From an uncultured Alphaproteobacteria bacterium (lineage in GTDB: Bacteria > Pseudomonadota > Alphaproteobacteria > CADEGL01), in the NCBI GenBank assembly GCA_902826885.1, contig CADEGL010000007.1, positions 10,588-74,587 of the forward strand: a DNA stretch of 64,000 bases. The letters are read 5' to 3'. This document shows positions 37,276 through 47,049 of the stretch, one piece after another. Every line of letters begins with the position of its first letter. Position 1 is the first letter of the stretch. The notes beneath the pieces were generated by a model that worked only from the letters and a program-made list of their open reading frames with translations, was not told where the DNA came from and did not search any database. The translations under genes were made by a program, and so were the position numbers.

Positions 37276-38610
37276 TCAGCGCAGGCGATAGACCCGCACG
37301 CCCCAGGCCTCGATCCGTTCCGTCCAGCCGCCCCCGGCCACGGCGGGCCCGGGCGCGGCATCGAAGACCGGCTCGATCGCGGTCGGCGGTTCATCAAAAG
37401 TGAAGCGCGCCGTAACGGTGTCGGCATCGACATTGACCACGAGCAACACGGGACCTTCGGGCCCATCCTTGAGGAGGGTGCGGATGGGTACGGGCGAGGC
37501 GCTGCGTCCGCGCACAGCAACATGATAGTCGCGCCGCGAAGTGGGCGACAGAATCACGGGAGCCAATGTAGCCAGTTCCGCATTCAACCGTTCGATGACC
37601 CGCCACATCCGGCGCGACGACACAAGATCGCTCTTGGCGGCGGCAATCGGCTTGCCAGCCCTGGTCCGGCCAGACGGCGCAACATAGACGGGACGGGGAT
37701 CGGGCGAGGCACCGATCACGCGCCCGTCGCGGCTGGCATAGCTGTCTTGCGTGAACCAAATGATGCCGGTCGCGCCGTGGACGACGCCCGCATAGATCAT
37801 GACGCGCGCTTGTGTTTCGTCCGGCATGAACCAATTGTTGATCGGGCTGCGGAACGCCTGGGCCACGTACCAGACCGGCTTCCGCTCATGCGAAACCTCG
37901 GCGGCCAGCGTCGCCACTTCCGGCAGGCTGCGCGGCTGCATCATGCTGCGCACCGGCGCGTTGAAGAACGGGTATTTCCAAAAGCAGATCAGATCGCCGG
38001 CCTCGGCATAGGCCAGCCACGAGTTCCGGTAAGGCGGCGTGATACTCGGCGAATTCACGGTGAAAACCGGACGGTGCGGATCGAAGGCCCGCACGGCCTC
38101 AAGCCGGTCGCGGAACGCTTCCAGGCGCCAGAGCGCGGTTTCCGCCTGCGCATGCGCACTGGGCTCATGATCCAGTTCGTACCCCAGCACGAGCGGATCA
38201 TTCGCGAAGCGCGGAAGTTCGGCGTCGGTCGGATCGCGCACGACCACTTGCAGCCCGTTCGCGCGCGCGGCTTCCACCACGGCGGCGTAATCCTGATCGC
38301 GCCAAGGAAAGACGCTGTTGAATCCGGCCGAGGCGTAGAGGGAGAAATTGCCCGGCCCATCGCCCACATCCAGCAGACCGTTATAGATGCCGATGGGAAA
38401 GAAGGATTCGGCCGCGCCATACGACAAGCGCACCGCGCCCTGACGCGTCGTGTGCGGCGCGCCGTCGCGATACATCGTCTGCACGGCTTGCGGCGTCTCG
38501 CGAAAACCGTCATCCGCATTTACGGCCGCGGCGCCCGCCAATGACGCCGCCAACAGCGCGGCAAAAGCCCCGCTTGCCAAGCGGAGCGTCCTTGGATAAG
38601 CCCGCCGCAT
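37276..38610 (-). CDS. Secreted hypothetical protein, possible glycan hydrolase
   Basis: It has a signal peptide (MRRAYPRTLRLASGAFAALLAASLAGAAAVNA). The ORF portion upstream of 38610 is antisense to the next gene and is an artefact. Its family is not recognised. Confidence 0.5.
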   Translation of the reverse strand: MRRAYPRTLRLASGAFAALLAASLAGAAAVNADDGFRETPQAVQTMYRDGAPHTTRQGAVRLSYGAAESFFPIGIYNGLLDVGDGPGNFSLYASAGFNSVFPWRDQDYAAVVEAARANGLQVVVRDPTDAELPRFANDPLVLGYELDHEPSAHAQAETALWRLEAFRDRLEAVRAFDPHRPVFTVNSPSITPPYRNSWLAYAEAGDLICFWKYPFFNAPVRSMMQPRSLPEVATLAAEVSHERKPVWYVAQAFRSPINNWFMPDETQARVMIYAGVVHGATGIIWFTQDSYASRDGRVIGASPDPRPVYVAPSGRTRAGKPIAAAKSDLVSSRRMWRVIERLNAELATLAPVILSPTSRRDYHVAVRGRSASPVPIRTLLKDGPEGPVLLVVNVDADTVTARFTFDEPPTAIEPVFDAAPGPAVAGGGWTERIEAWGVRVYRLR

Positions 38611-39718
38611 GAGAGCACGCGCCCTCGCCGGCGCCGCCGTCGCGGCGCTCATCACGCTGGTCACGGCCGAGGTTGCGCTGCGGCTTTCATTCCTCATTCC
38701 CGTCTCGATCCCATCCAGTCCCTTTATCCCAGACGACGAGCTCGGCTTCAAATTGCGCCCGAGCGGACTAACGGATGCGGATGGTTTCAACAATCCGAGA
38801 AGCGAAGAAACACCCGCACCGGCCCGGATCGCGGCGCCCAACACAATCGTGTTTGTCGGCGATTCCTTCGCCTTCGGCACGTATCCCGCGGACGCCGTAT
38901 TTCCGGCGCTCGTGGCCACCGATTTGGGATCGGAGGGAATAGCCGCCCGCGCGGTCAATTTGGGTATTCCCGCCGCCGGACCGGATATCTACGTTCGCGC
39001 GATGCGCAGCTATCTGCCGCGACTGCAGCCGGCGGCCGTCGTGACCACCATCTACCTCGGCAACGATGTGGGACAATCCGACCCCCGGCGACCCACGACG
39101 CTGTGGTTCGGCCAGACGATTAATGACGGCGCCTCGTTCTCGCTCGATCCCGACGACTTCGTCATAACCCGCATGGTCAGCCGGCTGTGGAGGCTAGCAA
39201 GCGAGTTTCTGGCCTCGCGCGCCGCGCAAGGGCCGGTCACGCCGGACCCCGCGGAAGCCGATCGCAGCAGCAGCCCGTTCTCCCAGACGACGTTGGACCG
39301 GGTTCGATGGCAGGAGCTGAATGTGGCGCGTATCCGGCCCGATGCGAGCATCGCGCGCGGTTATGACGGGCTGGAAAAGCATCTAGAGCAGATGGCGGCC
39401 ATCGCACGGCAAAACGACGTCAAGTTTCTCGTTGTGCTGGCGCCTTCACGCGCCGCGATCGACCCGGAGTTGCGCACACACGTCATCGCGGCGTTCGACG
39501 CCGATCCCGGAGATTTCGACGGTGGTTTGCCCGCGCGGCGCGTGGGCGATGCGCTGACCGCCCGCGGCATCCCGTTCATCGATCTGACGGCGGCTTTGGT
39601 CGCCGCGGGACCGGAGCGCGTCTATAACCGTGGCGACACGCACTGGAACCGGCGCGGCAACGCCGTCGCCGCGGAGGCCATCGCCGTGGCACTCAAACCC
39701 ATGCTCGCCACGCCCTGA
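38609..39718 (+). CDS. SGNH/GDSL-like hydrolase with N-terminal TM anchor (AlgX/AlgJ-like)
   Basis: An N-terminal transmembrane helix is followed by a VFVGDSFAFG motif (GDS block I). Confidence 0.6.
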   Translation: MRARALAGAAVAALITLVTAEVALRLSFLIPVSIPSSPFIPDDELGFKLRPSGLTDADGFNNPRSEETPAPARIAAPNTIVFVGDSFAFGTYPADAVFPALVATDLGSEGIAARAVNLGIPAAGPDIYVRAMRSYLPRLQPAAVVTTIYLGNDVGQSDPRRPTTLWFGQTINDGASFSLDPDDFVITRMVSRLWRLASEFLASRAAQGPVTPDPAEADRSSSPFSQTTLDRVRWQELNVARIRPDASIARGYDGLEKHLEQMAAIARQNDVKFLVVLAPSRAAIDPELRTHVIAAFDADPGDFDGGLPARRVGDALTARGIPFIDLTAALVAAGPERVYNRGDTHWNRRGNAVAAEAIAVALKPMLATP

Positions 39719-39777
39719 CGGCTTGAAGCGGCCGGGTCCACGCGGTCTACTCGCCTGTCTTCACGAAGGAGGGACCG

Positions 39778-41265
39778 ATGGCCGAACTGCCCAAATATAA
39801 AATGTACATCGACGGCAAATGGGTCGAGGCCGCCTCGGGCGAGTATTTCGAGAGCTTCAATCCCTTCACCGGCAAGCCGTGGGCGTTGATCCCGCGCGGC
39901 GGCGCCGACGACGCGGCACGCGTGGCCGAGGCCGCCTACCGCGCCGGCACCAAGGGCGACTGGCCGAAGCTCAAGGCCAGTCAGCGCGGCGCGCTGCTGC
40001 GCAAGCTGGGCGATCTGATCGCGCGGGACGCCGAGAAACTGGCGCAGACGGAAGTGCGCGACAACGGCAAGTTGATTGCCGAGATGGGCGCGCAGCTTCG
40101 CTACATCCCCCAGTGGTACTATTACTTCGGCGGCTTGGCCGACAAGATCGAGGGCTCGGTCATCCCGACCGACAAGCCCGAGATGTTCAACTTCACGCGC
40201 CACGAGCCCTTGGGCCCGTGCCTTCTCATCACCGCGTGGAACTCCCCGCTCCTTCTTCTGGCCTACAAGCTGGGCCCGTGCCTGGCCGCGGGCAACACGG
40301 CGATCGTGAAGCCGTCCGAATTCACTTCGGCCTCGACGCTCGAATTCGCGAAGCTAGTGGAAGAGGCGGGCTTTCCACCCGGCGTGTTCAACGTGGTCAC
40401 CGGCTTCGGCAACGAGATCGGCGATCCGCTGGTCATTCATCCGCGCGTGGCTAAGGTGGCCTTCACCGGCAGCGAGCGCACGGGCGCCAAGGTCTACGAG
40501 CGCGCGGCCGCGCGGCTCAAGCGCGTGACGCTGGAGTTGGGCGGCAAGTCGCCCAATATCGTGTTCGCCGACGCGGATCTGGACAACGCGATGAAGGGCG
40601 CCATCTCCGGCATCTTCGCCGCCACGGGCCAGACCTGCGTCGCTGGCTCGCGCCTTTTGGTGCAAGAGTCGATTCACAACGAGTTCATGGACAAGCTGGT
40701 CGCCTTCGCCAAGACCGCGCGCATGGGCGACCCCTCGAAATTGGACACCCAGGTCGGCCCCGTCACCACACCGCCGCAATATAAGAAGGTGCTGGAGTAT
40801 ATCGACGTGGCCAAGGGCGAAGGCGCCACCTGCGTCATGGGGGGCGGCCCCGCCAAGCGGCCCGAATGCGGCGAAGGCTGGTTCGTGGAGCCCACCATCT
40901 TCACCGGCGTAAAGAATTCCATGCGCATCGCGCAAGAAGAGGTGTTCGGCCCGGTTCTCTCCGTCATTCCCTTCAAGGACGACGAGGACGCCATCGAGAT
41001 CGCCAACGACGTGCTCTATGGCCTGGCCGCGGGCGTCTGGACCCAGAACATCCGGCGCGCGATGACCATGGCCGAACGGCTGCAGGCCGGCACGGTGTGG
41101 ATCAACACCTATCGCGCGATCAGCTACATGACGCCGTTCGGCGGCTTCAAGCACTCCGGCATCGGCCGAGAGAACGGGCAGGAGGCCATCCGGTCCTACA
41201 TGCAGACCAAGGCCGTATGGATCAGCACGGCGACCGAGGTGCCGAATCCCTTCGTGATGCGGTGA
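39778..41265 (+). CDS. NAD(P)+-dependent aldehyde dehydrogenase
   Basis: It has a catalytic Cys (GQTCVAGSR), ELGGKSP and FTGSERTG. A GAAGGAGGG RBS is present. Confidence 0.9.
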   Translation: MAELPKYKMYIDGKWVEAASGEYFESFNPFTGKPWALIPRGGADDAARVAEAAYRAGTKGDWPKLKASQRGALLRKLGDLIARDAEKLAQTEVRDNGKLIAEMGAQLRYIPQWYYYFGGLADKIEGSVIPTDKPEMFNFTRHEPLGPCLLITAWNSPLLLLAYKLGPCLAAGNTAIVKPSEFTSASTLEFAKLVEEAGFPPGVFNVVTGFGNEIGDPLVIHPRVAKVAFTGSERTGAKVYERAAARLKRVTLELGGKSPNIVFADADLDNAMKGAISGIFAATGQTCVAGSRLLVQESIHNEFMDKLVAFAKTARMGDPSKLDTQVGPVTTPPQYKKVLEYIDVAKGEGATCVMGGGPAKRPECGEGWFVEPTIFTGVKNSMRIAQEEVFGPVLSVIPFKDDEDAIEIANDVLYGLAAGVWTQNIRRAMTMAERLQAGTVWINTYRAISYMTPFGGFKHSGIGRENGQEAIRSYMQTKAVWISTATEVPNPFVMR

Positions 41266-41272
41266 ATGCCGA

Positions 41273-41294
41273 GACGCCCGCGCTTGCGGGCGTC
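41273..41294 (+). terminator. Terminator hairpin after the aldehyde dehydrogenase
   Basis: GACGCCCGC-GCTT-GCGGGCGTC is a perfect 9-bp stem. No T-tract follows. Confidence 0.5.
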
Positions 41295-41343
41295 TCCCCG
41301 CCCTGGTATGGGCTGGCACCCGTAAGGCTGGCCGGAGAGCGTC

Positions 41344-41925
41344 TTGTTGCGAGGATTGTACGATTGGACCATCCGCCTGGCGGGTCACCGCCATGCCACA
41401 GCCGCGCTTTTCGCCGTCTCGTTCGCCGAGAGTTCCATTTTTCCGATCCCGCCGGACGCCATGCTGGTGCCCATGATCCTGGCGAATCCGCGCAAGGCGT
41501 GGCTGTTCGCGGGCGTCTGCACCGTGGCTTCGGTGCTGGGCGGCCTGGTCGGCTACGGCATCGGCTATTTCCTCTATGACACGCTCGGCAAGCCGATCCT
41601 GCAGCTTTACGGCCAGCAGGAACAGATCGAGCATGCCTTGGCCTGGTACCGCGAATGGGGCGCTTGGATCGTGGCGGTGAAGGGTTTCACCCCCATTCCC
41701 TATAAGGTCGTTACCATCACCAGCGGCTTCGCCCATCTCGATATCTGGGCCTTCGTCCTGGCCTCGATCGTCTCGCGCATTCCGCGCTTCTTCCTGGTCG
41801 CGGCCCTTTTGCGCCGTTATGGCGACCCCATCCGCGCTTTCATCGAGAAGCGCCTCTATCTCGTCACCACCCTGTTCCTGCTGTTCCTCATCGGTGGGTT
41901 CGTGGTGATCGAGTATCTGATCTAG
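41344..41925 (+). CDS. YqaA/DedA-like (VTT domain) membrane protein
   Basis: It shows a YqaA-family pattern (ESSIFPIPPD...GYGIGYF). Confidence 0.65.
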   Translation: MLRGLYDWTIRLAGHRHATAALFAVSFAESSIFPIPPDAMLVPMILANPRKAWLFAGVCTVASVLGGLVGYGIGYFLYDTLGKPILQLYGQQEQIEHALAWYREWGAWIVAVKGFTPIPYKVVTITSGFAHLDIWAFVLASIVSRIPRFFLVAALLRRYGDPIRAFIEKRLYLVTTLFLLFLIGGFVVIEYLI

Positions 41926-41958
41926 ACCGCAAGCCACGGGTCGGTCACCATCGCCGCG

Positions 41959-42465
41959 ATGGCGTCTTTTTTCTCCTCCCACAGCCACACGCCGCGCCGT
42001 GTCGCGCTGGCTCTGGCCGCGTGCGCGGCGGCGATCCTGCTAGGCGCGCTCGGTTTCCAGTATCTCGGCGGCCTGGCGCCCTGCCCGCTTTGCACCTGGC
42101 AACGCTATGCGTTGATCGCGGCCATGATGCTGGCGCTGGGCTCGGCTCTGTCGATGGACAACACAGCGCGCGTGATGCTGGCGCTCGCCGGTGTCGCGTT
42201 CGTGGCCAGCGCGGGCATCGGCGGCTTCCAGGTTGGGGTTGAGCAAGCCTGGTGGCAGGGCACGCAAGGATGCACGGGCGGCCAGCCCATGGCCGGCACG
42301 CTCGATCAGTTGATGACACAGGTGCAGGGCAAACCGCCCGCGCGCTGCGACGAGGTGGCTTGGTCGCTGTTCGGTATTTCCCTCGCGGGCTACAATTTCC
42401 TGATCTCGCTGGCGCTCGCCGCCACGGCGGCCGTGCGCGCCGCGATTCCCGAGCGCGCGAAATGA
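41959..42465 (+). CDS. dsbB: Disulfide bond formation protein B
   Basis: It has CPLC and a second Cys pair in a periplasmic loop, plus 4 transmembrane segments. Confidence 0.75.
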   Translation: MASFFSSHSHTPRRVALALAACAAAILLGALGFQYLGGLAPCPLCTWQRYALIAAMMLALGSALSMDNTARVMLALAGVAFVASAGIGGFQVGVEQAWWQGTQGCTGGQPMAGTLDQLMTQVQGKPPARCDEVAWSLFGISLAGYNFLISLALAATAAVRAAIPERAK

Positions 42466-43043
42466 CCGAAACCACGAAGCCGAGAAAGCAGGCACACGCG
42501 ACCGGTGAGGATTCCTGGCCGGGCGACCCCGACAAGGACGCGCTGGTCGAAAGCATGATCCGCGTCAACCAGGCGGGCGAATATGGCGCCATGCGCATCT
42601 ATGCCGGCCAATTGGCCGTGCTGCGCCATGGCGCGGCGGCCGAAAAGATCAAGGAGATGGCCGCGCAGGAGCGCGAGCATCTGGACGCGTTCAACAAGCT
42701 GGCGGCCGAGCGCCGCGTGCGTCCCACGGCTTTGGAACCCTTGTGGCACTTGGCGGGCTTCGCGCTGGGCGCGGCCACAGCGCTGATGGGTGAGAAGGCC
42801 GCCATGGCTTGCACGGTCGCCGTCGAAGAGGTGATCGAGGAGCACTATGCCGACCAGGCCGCGCAGCTGGGCCAGGACGAAGCGCCGCTGCGGGAGACGA
42901 TCGAGAAATTCCGCGCCGATGAATTGGAACACCGCGACACCGCGGTCGCGCACCACGCGCGCGAGACGCCGGGTTACGAGTTGCTGGCGTCGGCCATCAA
43001 GGCCGGCTCGCGCCTGGCCATCTGGCTGTCCACCCGCGTGTAG
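42462..43043 (+). CDS. coq7: Demethoxyubiquinone hydroxylase Coq7 (ubiquinone biosynthesis)
   Basis: It has di-iron carboxylate EXXH motifs (EREH, ELEH) and RVNQAGEYGA. It is ATGA-coupled to dsbB. Confidence 0.85.
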   Translation: MTETTKPRKQAHATGEDSWPGDPDKDALVESMIRVNQAGEYGAMRIYAGQLAVLRHGAAAEKIKEMAAQEREHLDAFNKLAAERRVRPTALEPLWHLAGFALGAATALMGEKAAMACTVAVEEVIEEHYADQAAQLGQDEAPLRETIEKFRADELEHRDTAVAHHARETPGYELLASAIKAGSRLAIWLSTRV

Positions 43044-43053
43044 GGCGCGGCGG

Positions 43054-43605
43054 CTAGACCGGATCGAGTTCGGAGTCCCAGTACAAGAAGTCGCGCCAGG
43101 ATTGGTGCAGGTAGTTGGGCGGATAGCAGCGCCCATGCTCCTGCAACAGCTCGCTGGACGGGCGCGCGGGCCAATGCAGCGGCATCATGCCCACCTCGTG
43201 CGGCAGGCGGCTGCCCTTGCGCAGGTTGCAGGTGGTGCAGGCGGTGACCACGTTGTCCCACGTCGCGCGCCCGCCGCGGCAGCGCGGGATGATGTGGTCG
43301 AAGGTCAGCTCCTGCGTCGGGAAAACCTGCGCGCAGTACTGGCAGGAAAAACGGTCACGCAGGAAGACGTTGAAGCGCGTGAAGGCCGGGCGGCGCTTGG
43401 GCGGAATGTACTGCTTCAGCGCGATCACGCTGGGCAGCTTCATTTTCATGCTGGGCGAGTGGACGAAACGATCGTACTCGGAAACGATCGCGACGCGGTC
43501 CATGAAGACCGCTTTGACGGCTTCCTGCCACGACCACACCGAGAGCGGGAAATAGCTCAACGGTCGGTAATCCGCGTTCAGGACCAAGGCCGGCGAGTCC
43601 TTCAT
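43054..43605 (-). CDS. HNH endonuclease (McrA-like)
   Basis: It has CQYC...HIIPRCRGG...NVVTACTTCN, an HNH motif with a zinc finger. The upstream part of the 263-aa ORF is not supported. Confidence 0.75.
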   Translation of the reverse strand: MKDSPALVLNADYRPLSYFPLSVWSWQEAVKAVFMDRVAIVSEYDRFVHSPSMKMKLPSVIALKQYIPPKRRPAFTRFNVFLRDRFSCQYCAQVFPTQELTFDHIIPRCRGGRATWDNVVTACTTCNLRKGSRLPHEVGMMPLHWPARPSSELLQEHGRCYPPNYLHQSWRDFLYWDSELDPV

Positions 43606-43759
43606 CGGCACCCTTGCGTTACAAGGGCTTCCCGGCCGCTCGCACGGCCGCGAAGCGCTCGGGAAATATGACGGCGGGCCGGGGAAAACACAACGGGTTG
43701 GGTGTTCCCGGAAGTTTCGCCCATCCGTCACACGGGCGTCATGTTCGCTTGTCCCACCG

Positions 43760-44257
43760 TTAAATCCCAAATGCGGCCGGATAACGCACCGCGCCGATCG
43801 CGCCAGCAAGGACGCCGGGCACCAGTTCGAGGGCCATGAAGGCATGGCCCGAAAACGGCGAGGCCAGTTTGGCGGCCAGCGAAGCCGAGAAACCGAAGCG
43901 AGGGTAGTAGCCCGGATGGCCGACGACGATCACGGCCTCGGCGCCGAGCTTCCGTGTGGCTTCAAGACCGGCTGCGACCAGTTGCGAACCAATCCCCCGC
44001 CGCTGACGATCCGGCCTCACCGCCATCGGCGCCAATGCGACGGCCCGCACCGCACGGCCGTCGATCTCGGTCGGCAGCCAACTGAAGACAATATGGCCAA
44101 GGATCGCGCCGTCCGCTTCGGCCACAAGCGCCACGGCGATGCGATTCTCGCGGTGCAGCCGCGCGACGATCTCTCCTTCGAGGTCGCCGCCGAACGCCTC
44201 GCGGTTCAGGCGCGAGACCGAGCACCAATCGCCCGGCGTTTCATCGCGGATATGCAT
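43760..44257 (-). CDS. GNAT-family N-acetyltransferase
   Basis: It has an RQRRGIGSQL acetyl-CoA-binding motif. The upstream Arg-rich ORF extension is an artefact. Confidence 0.75.
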   Translation of the reverse strand: MHIRDETPGDWCSVSRLNREAFGGDLEGEIVARLHRENRIAVALVAEADGAILGHIVFSWLPTEIDGRAVRAVALAPMAVRPDRQRRGIGSQLVAAGLEATRKLGAEAVIVVGHPGYYPRFGFSASLAAKLASPFSGHAFMALELVPGVLAGAIGAVRYPAAFGI

Positions 44258-44274
44258 GGGCAAACGAAACGTCC

Positions 44275-44934
44275 CTAGACGCCGAGAACGCGCTTCAGGA
44301 AGACCGCCGCCGCCGCGATCCCCTCGGGGTCGATACCGTGGGCCAAGCCGGGACGGCGCAGGGTTTCGACCGCGATTCCCACGGATTTCAACCCGGCTTC
44401 GGCGTGGTCGAGGTTGGCCACCGGCACCATCGAATCGGCGTCGCCATGGATCAGCAGCACGGGCGGGCGAACCTTCACCTCTTTCTCCAGTGCGGCGGCG
44501 TCGAGCAGCCGGCCGGAGAAACCGACCACGCCCGCGACCGGTGCCGCGCGGCGCGGCGCAACATCCAGCGCCATCATCGTGCCCTGGGAAAACCCGACCA
44601 GCGCCATGCGCCCGTCCTTGAGCGAGAAGCGCTGGAGCAACCCGTCGAGAAAACCGTTCAGGATTTCCGCCGCCGCAATCACCCCTTCCTTGATCTCGGC
44701 CGGGGTGCGGTTCTGGAAGCTGAACCATTGGCGGCCGAAGCCCATCTCGCATGGGAATGGCGCGTCAGGCGAGATGAACAGCGTCTTCGGCAGGCCTTGA
44801 GCCAGATGTGGCGCCAGGCCGATCAGGTCGTCGCCGTCGGCGCCATAGCCGTGCAGCAGCACGACTAGCGAATCCGCCGGGCCTCCGCCTTGAGGCGGCA
44901 GCGCGGGACCGTTGAGTTCGAACAGATCGCTCAT
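44275..44934 (-). CDS. Alpha/beta-hydrolase (carboxylesterase / phospholipase family)
   Basis: It has a GFSQG nucleophile elbow and an HGDADSMVP motif. Confidence 0.8.
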   Translation of the reverse strand: MSDLFELNGPALPPQGGGPADSLVVLLHGYGADGDDLIGLAPHLAQGLPKTLFISPDAPFPCEMGFGRQWFSFQNRTPAEIKEGVIAAAEILNGFLDGLLQRFSLKDGRMALVGFSQGTMMALDVAPRRAAPVAGVVGFSGRLLDAAALEKEVKVRPPVLLIHGDADSMVPVANLDHAEAGLKSVGIAVETLRRPGLAHGIDPEGIAAAAVFLKRVLGV

Positions 44935-45701
44935 CGCTTGCTGGTCCTCTTCCTATTCTTGCCCTTGCGGGCCAGCGTCTTTTTCTTCGTCGCCTTCGCG
45001 CGCGCATTCACGGGCTGGGCCGCCTTCTTCTTGCCGCGCGTCTTGTGGCGCGAAGGATCGTGCTTGGTGCCGCCGTTCGGCGTCATCAGCACATTGCGGA
45101 AATAGTGCCACATGAGGCGCGCGGCCACGCTGCGATAAGGCCGCCAGGTTTCGGCCAGACGGATCAGCGTGCGCCGCTTGGGCCGGACGCGAAACCCCTT
45201 CACCTTGCCGGTCGCGGTCGCGACGGCCAGATCGTCGACCGGCCAGACATCGGCGCGCGCCAGCGTGGTCAGAAGATAAACCTCGGCCGACCACCGGCCG
45301 ATGCCCTTGATCTTGACCAGTTCCGCGATGGCGGCTTCGTCCTCCATCGCGTCCAGCGCATCCAGGTCGACGCGCCCCTCCACGATGTCGAGCGCCAAGC
45401 CGCGCGCGTAGATCACCTTGCCGCGCGACAGGCCGCAGGCGCGCAGAGCCGCATCGTCGAGGGCCAAGAACGCGGCGGTCGTCGTCTCGCCCATGGCCGC
45501 CTCCAAACGCTCCCAGATGGCGCGCGCGGCGGCGACCGACACTTGCTGATCGACGATGATCTGGAGCAGCGCCGCGAAGCCCGGAGGCCGCGCGCGCAAG
45601 GGCGGATCGCCGTGGGCCGCGCGAATCTCGGCCAGGTGCGGATCGACCGCGACCAGATGATCGAGCGCTTTTTGGAACACCTCGGGCGTGAGGCGCGTCA
45701 C
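44931..45701 (-). CDS. HhH-GPD DNA glycosylase (AlkA-like) with a ~50-aa Lys/Arg-rich C-terminal tail
   Basis: It has an HhH-GPD core (VKIKGIGRWSAEVYL, catalytic D in WPVDD). The tail reads RGKKKAAQPVNARAKATKKKTLARKGKNRKRTSKR. It is ATGA-coupled to the hydrolase. Confidence 0.7.
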   Translation of the reverse strand: MTRLTPEVFQKALDHLVAVDPHLAEIRAAHGDPPLRARPPGFAALLQIIVDQQVSVAAARAIWERLEAAMGETTTAAFLALDDAALRACGLSRGKVIYARGLALDIVEGRVDLDALDAMEDEAAIAELVKIKGIGRWSAEVYLLTTLARADVWPVDDLAVATATGKVKGFRVRPKRRTLIRLAETWRPYRSVAARLMWHYFRNVLMTPNGGTKHDPSRHKTRGKKKAAQPVNARAKATKKKTLARKGKNRKRTSKR

Positions 45702-45708
45702 CGGCCGC

Positions 45709-46605
45709 TCAGCGGTGCAAACCCTGGACGATCGCCAGATAGTCGGGATCGTCGGGCGGGATGAGGCCGTTGCGAATCAGAAAGTCGATGATGACCAGGT
45801 TGCAGTTGTATTTGAACTCGCCCGTGCCGGAGACGACCTCCATCACTTTCTCGATCGGCCATAGCTCGAAATACTCGATCTCATCGTCCATCGGCTTGGG
45901 CGTGAAATCGGCGGGCAGTTCCAGATCGAAACAAAACTGCACGTCGGGCTTGAGGCCTTCCGGCATCTCCTTCACGTAGGAGACGGCGCCGACGGGCACG
46001 GCCCGGCGCGCGAGCGCGGGCGGGATGTTGGCCTCTTCCCCGCATTCCTTCACCAGATTGTCTACCAGCGACAGGCCGATGGGCTGGCCGCCCGCCACCA
46101 TGTTGTCGAGCATGCCGGGAAAGGTCGGCTTATGCTTCGAGCGCCGGCCGATCCACATCTTGATCGCCTTGCCGTCACGCACGACGCCGTTCATGTGCAC
46201 GCCGAAGGCGCGGATGCCAAGCAGCGGCACGGCCGCCCGCTCCAACTCGAACAGCGGCCGCATGCCGAAGGTCGGCTTGACCGGATAGATCTCGCCGCGC
46301 CAGCCGGAAATATGGCCCTTGTCCTTCAAGTCGCGCATCGCGGAGCCAACGGCTTCGCTGCGCGCCTCATAGCTGGCCAAAAGCGGCGACAGACGCACGG
46401 TCTCCTTACGGACCTCGAACACCTCGGGATAAGCCGAAAGAAGGTGGATCGTCTCGTCGCGCAGCCAGCCTACCCGTACGTCGTCCGCGAAGAGCGGCTT
46501 GAACTTCGCCAAATCGTGCTCATTGCACTCACGGATGCGGTCGAGAAAGCTCACGGCGGGTTCACCGGATAGCGGAAGACCGTTCCCGTGTACCCGTTGC
46601 GCCAA
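45709..46605 (-). CDS. NUDIX hydrolase with N-terminal DUF4743-like domain
   Basis: It has a Nudix box (GxxxxxE...REALEE-like: VKECGEEANIP). Confidence 0.65.
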   Translation of the reverse strand: MAQRVHGNGLPLSGEPAVSFLDRIRECNEHDLAKFKPLFADDVRVGWLRDETIHLLSAYPEVFEVRKETVRLSPLLASYEARSEAVGSAMRDLKDKGHISGWRGEIYPVKPTFGMRPLFELERAAVPLLGIRAFGVHMNGVVRDGKAIKMWIGRRSKHKPTFPGMLDNMVAGGQPIGLSLVDNLVKECGEEANIPPALARRAVPVGAVSYVKEMPEGLKPDVQFCFDLELPADFTPKPMDDEIEYFELWPIEKVMEVVSGTGEFKYNCNLVIIDFLIRNGLIPPDDPDYLAIVQGLHR

Positions 46606-46623
46606 CGCCCCGCAAGCCGCGCC

Positions 46624-46920
46624 TCAACCAGCCTGGCGAAGCTCCGGCCGTTTCTCCGCCGTCAGCACGAGCTGGACGTGGACGAGTTGGCGCAATGTCT
46701 CCGCGACGCGCGCGACGAGATCGGGCTCCATGGCCTCGACCTGAACATCGATATAAAGCTCGCGGCCCTGTGCGCCGCGCCCGAGCGAGCTATGCCATTG
46801 CAGCGGCACAATGTTGCGCTTGGCGAATTGCTCCAAGACGCGCGGCATCACCGAGGGCTCGGCCTCGGCTTGCACGGAAAAACAGGCAATGGAATGGGAG
46901 GGTTCAGAATAGGGATGCAT
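46624..46920 (-). CDS. Hypothetical small protein (98 aa)
   Basis: The ORF is in native GC. I recognise no domain. Confidence 0.4.
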   Translation of the reverse strand: MHPYSEPSHSIACFSVQAEAEPSVMPRVLEQFAKRNIVPLQWHSSLGRGAQGRELYIDVQVEAMEPDLVARVAETLRQLVHVQLVLTAEKRPELRQAG

Positions 46921-47049
46921 GACCAGCAGACTCCTTAAGACGGACGAGATTCTCCAAGACCCGGCACCGCGTGGGCGCCGGGAGGAGAATTCGCCGAATA
47001 AGGAGCGACATGGTCATGGCCAGGACGCTACGCCCGGACCCTTCGATCG

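Noticed and set aside
38611-38958. Upstream extension of the minus-strand secreted protein ORF (37276-38958)
   Set aside because: It runs antisense through the SGNH hydrolase gene, and the internal Met at 38610 is followed by a textbook signal peptide.
40354-41988. 544-aa minus-strand ORF across the aldehyde dehydrogenase gene
   Set aside because: It is the antisense of a strongly supported ALDH gene, with low-complexity D/G/R-rich content.
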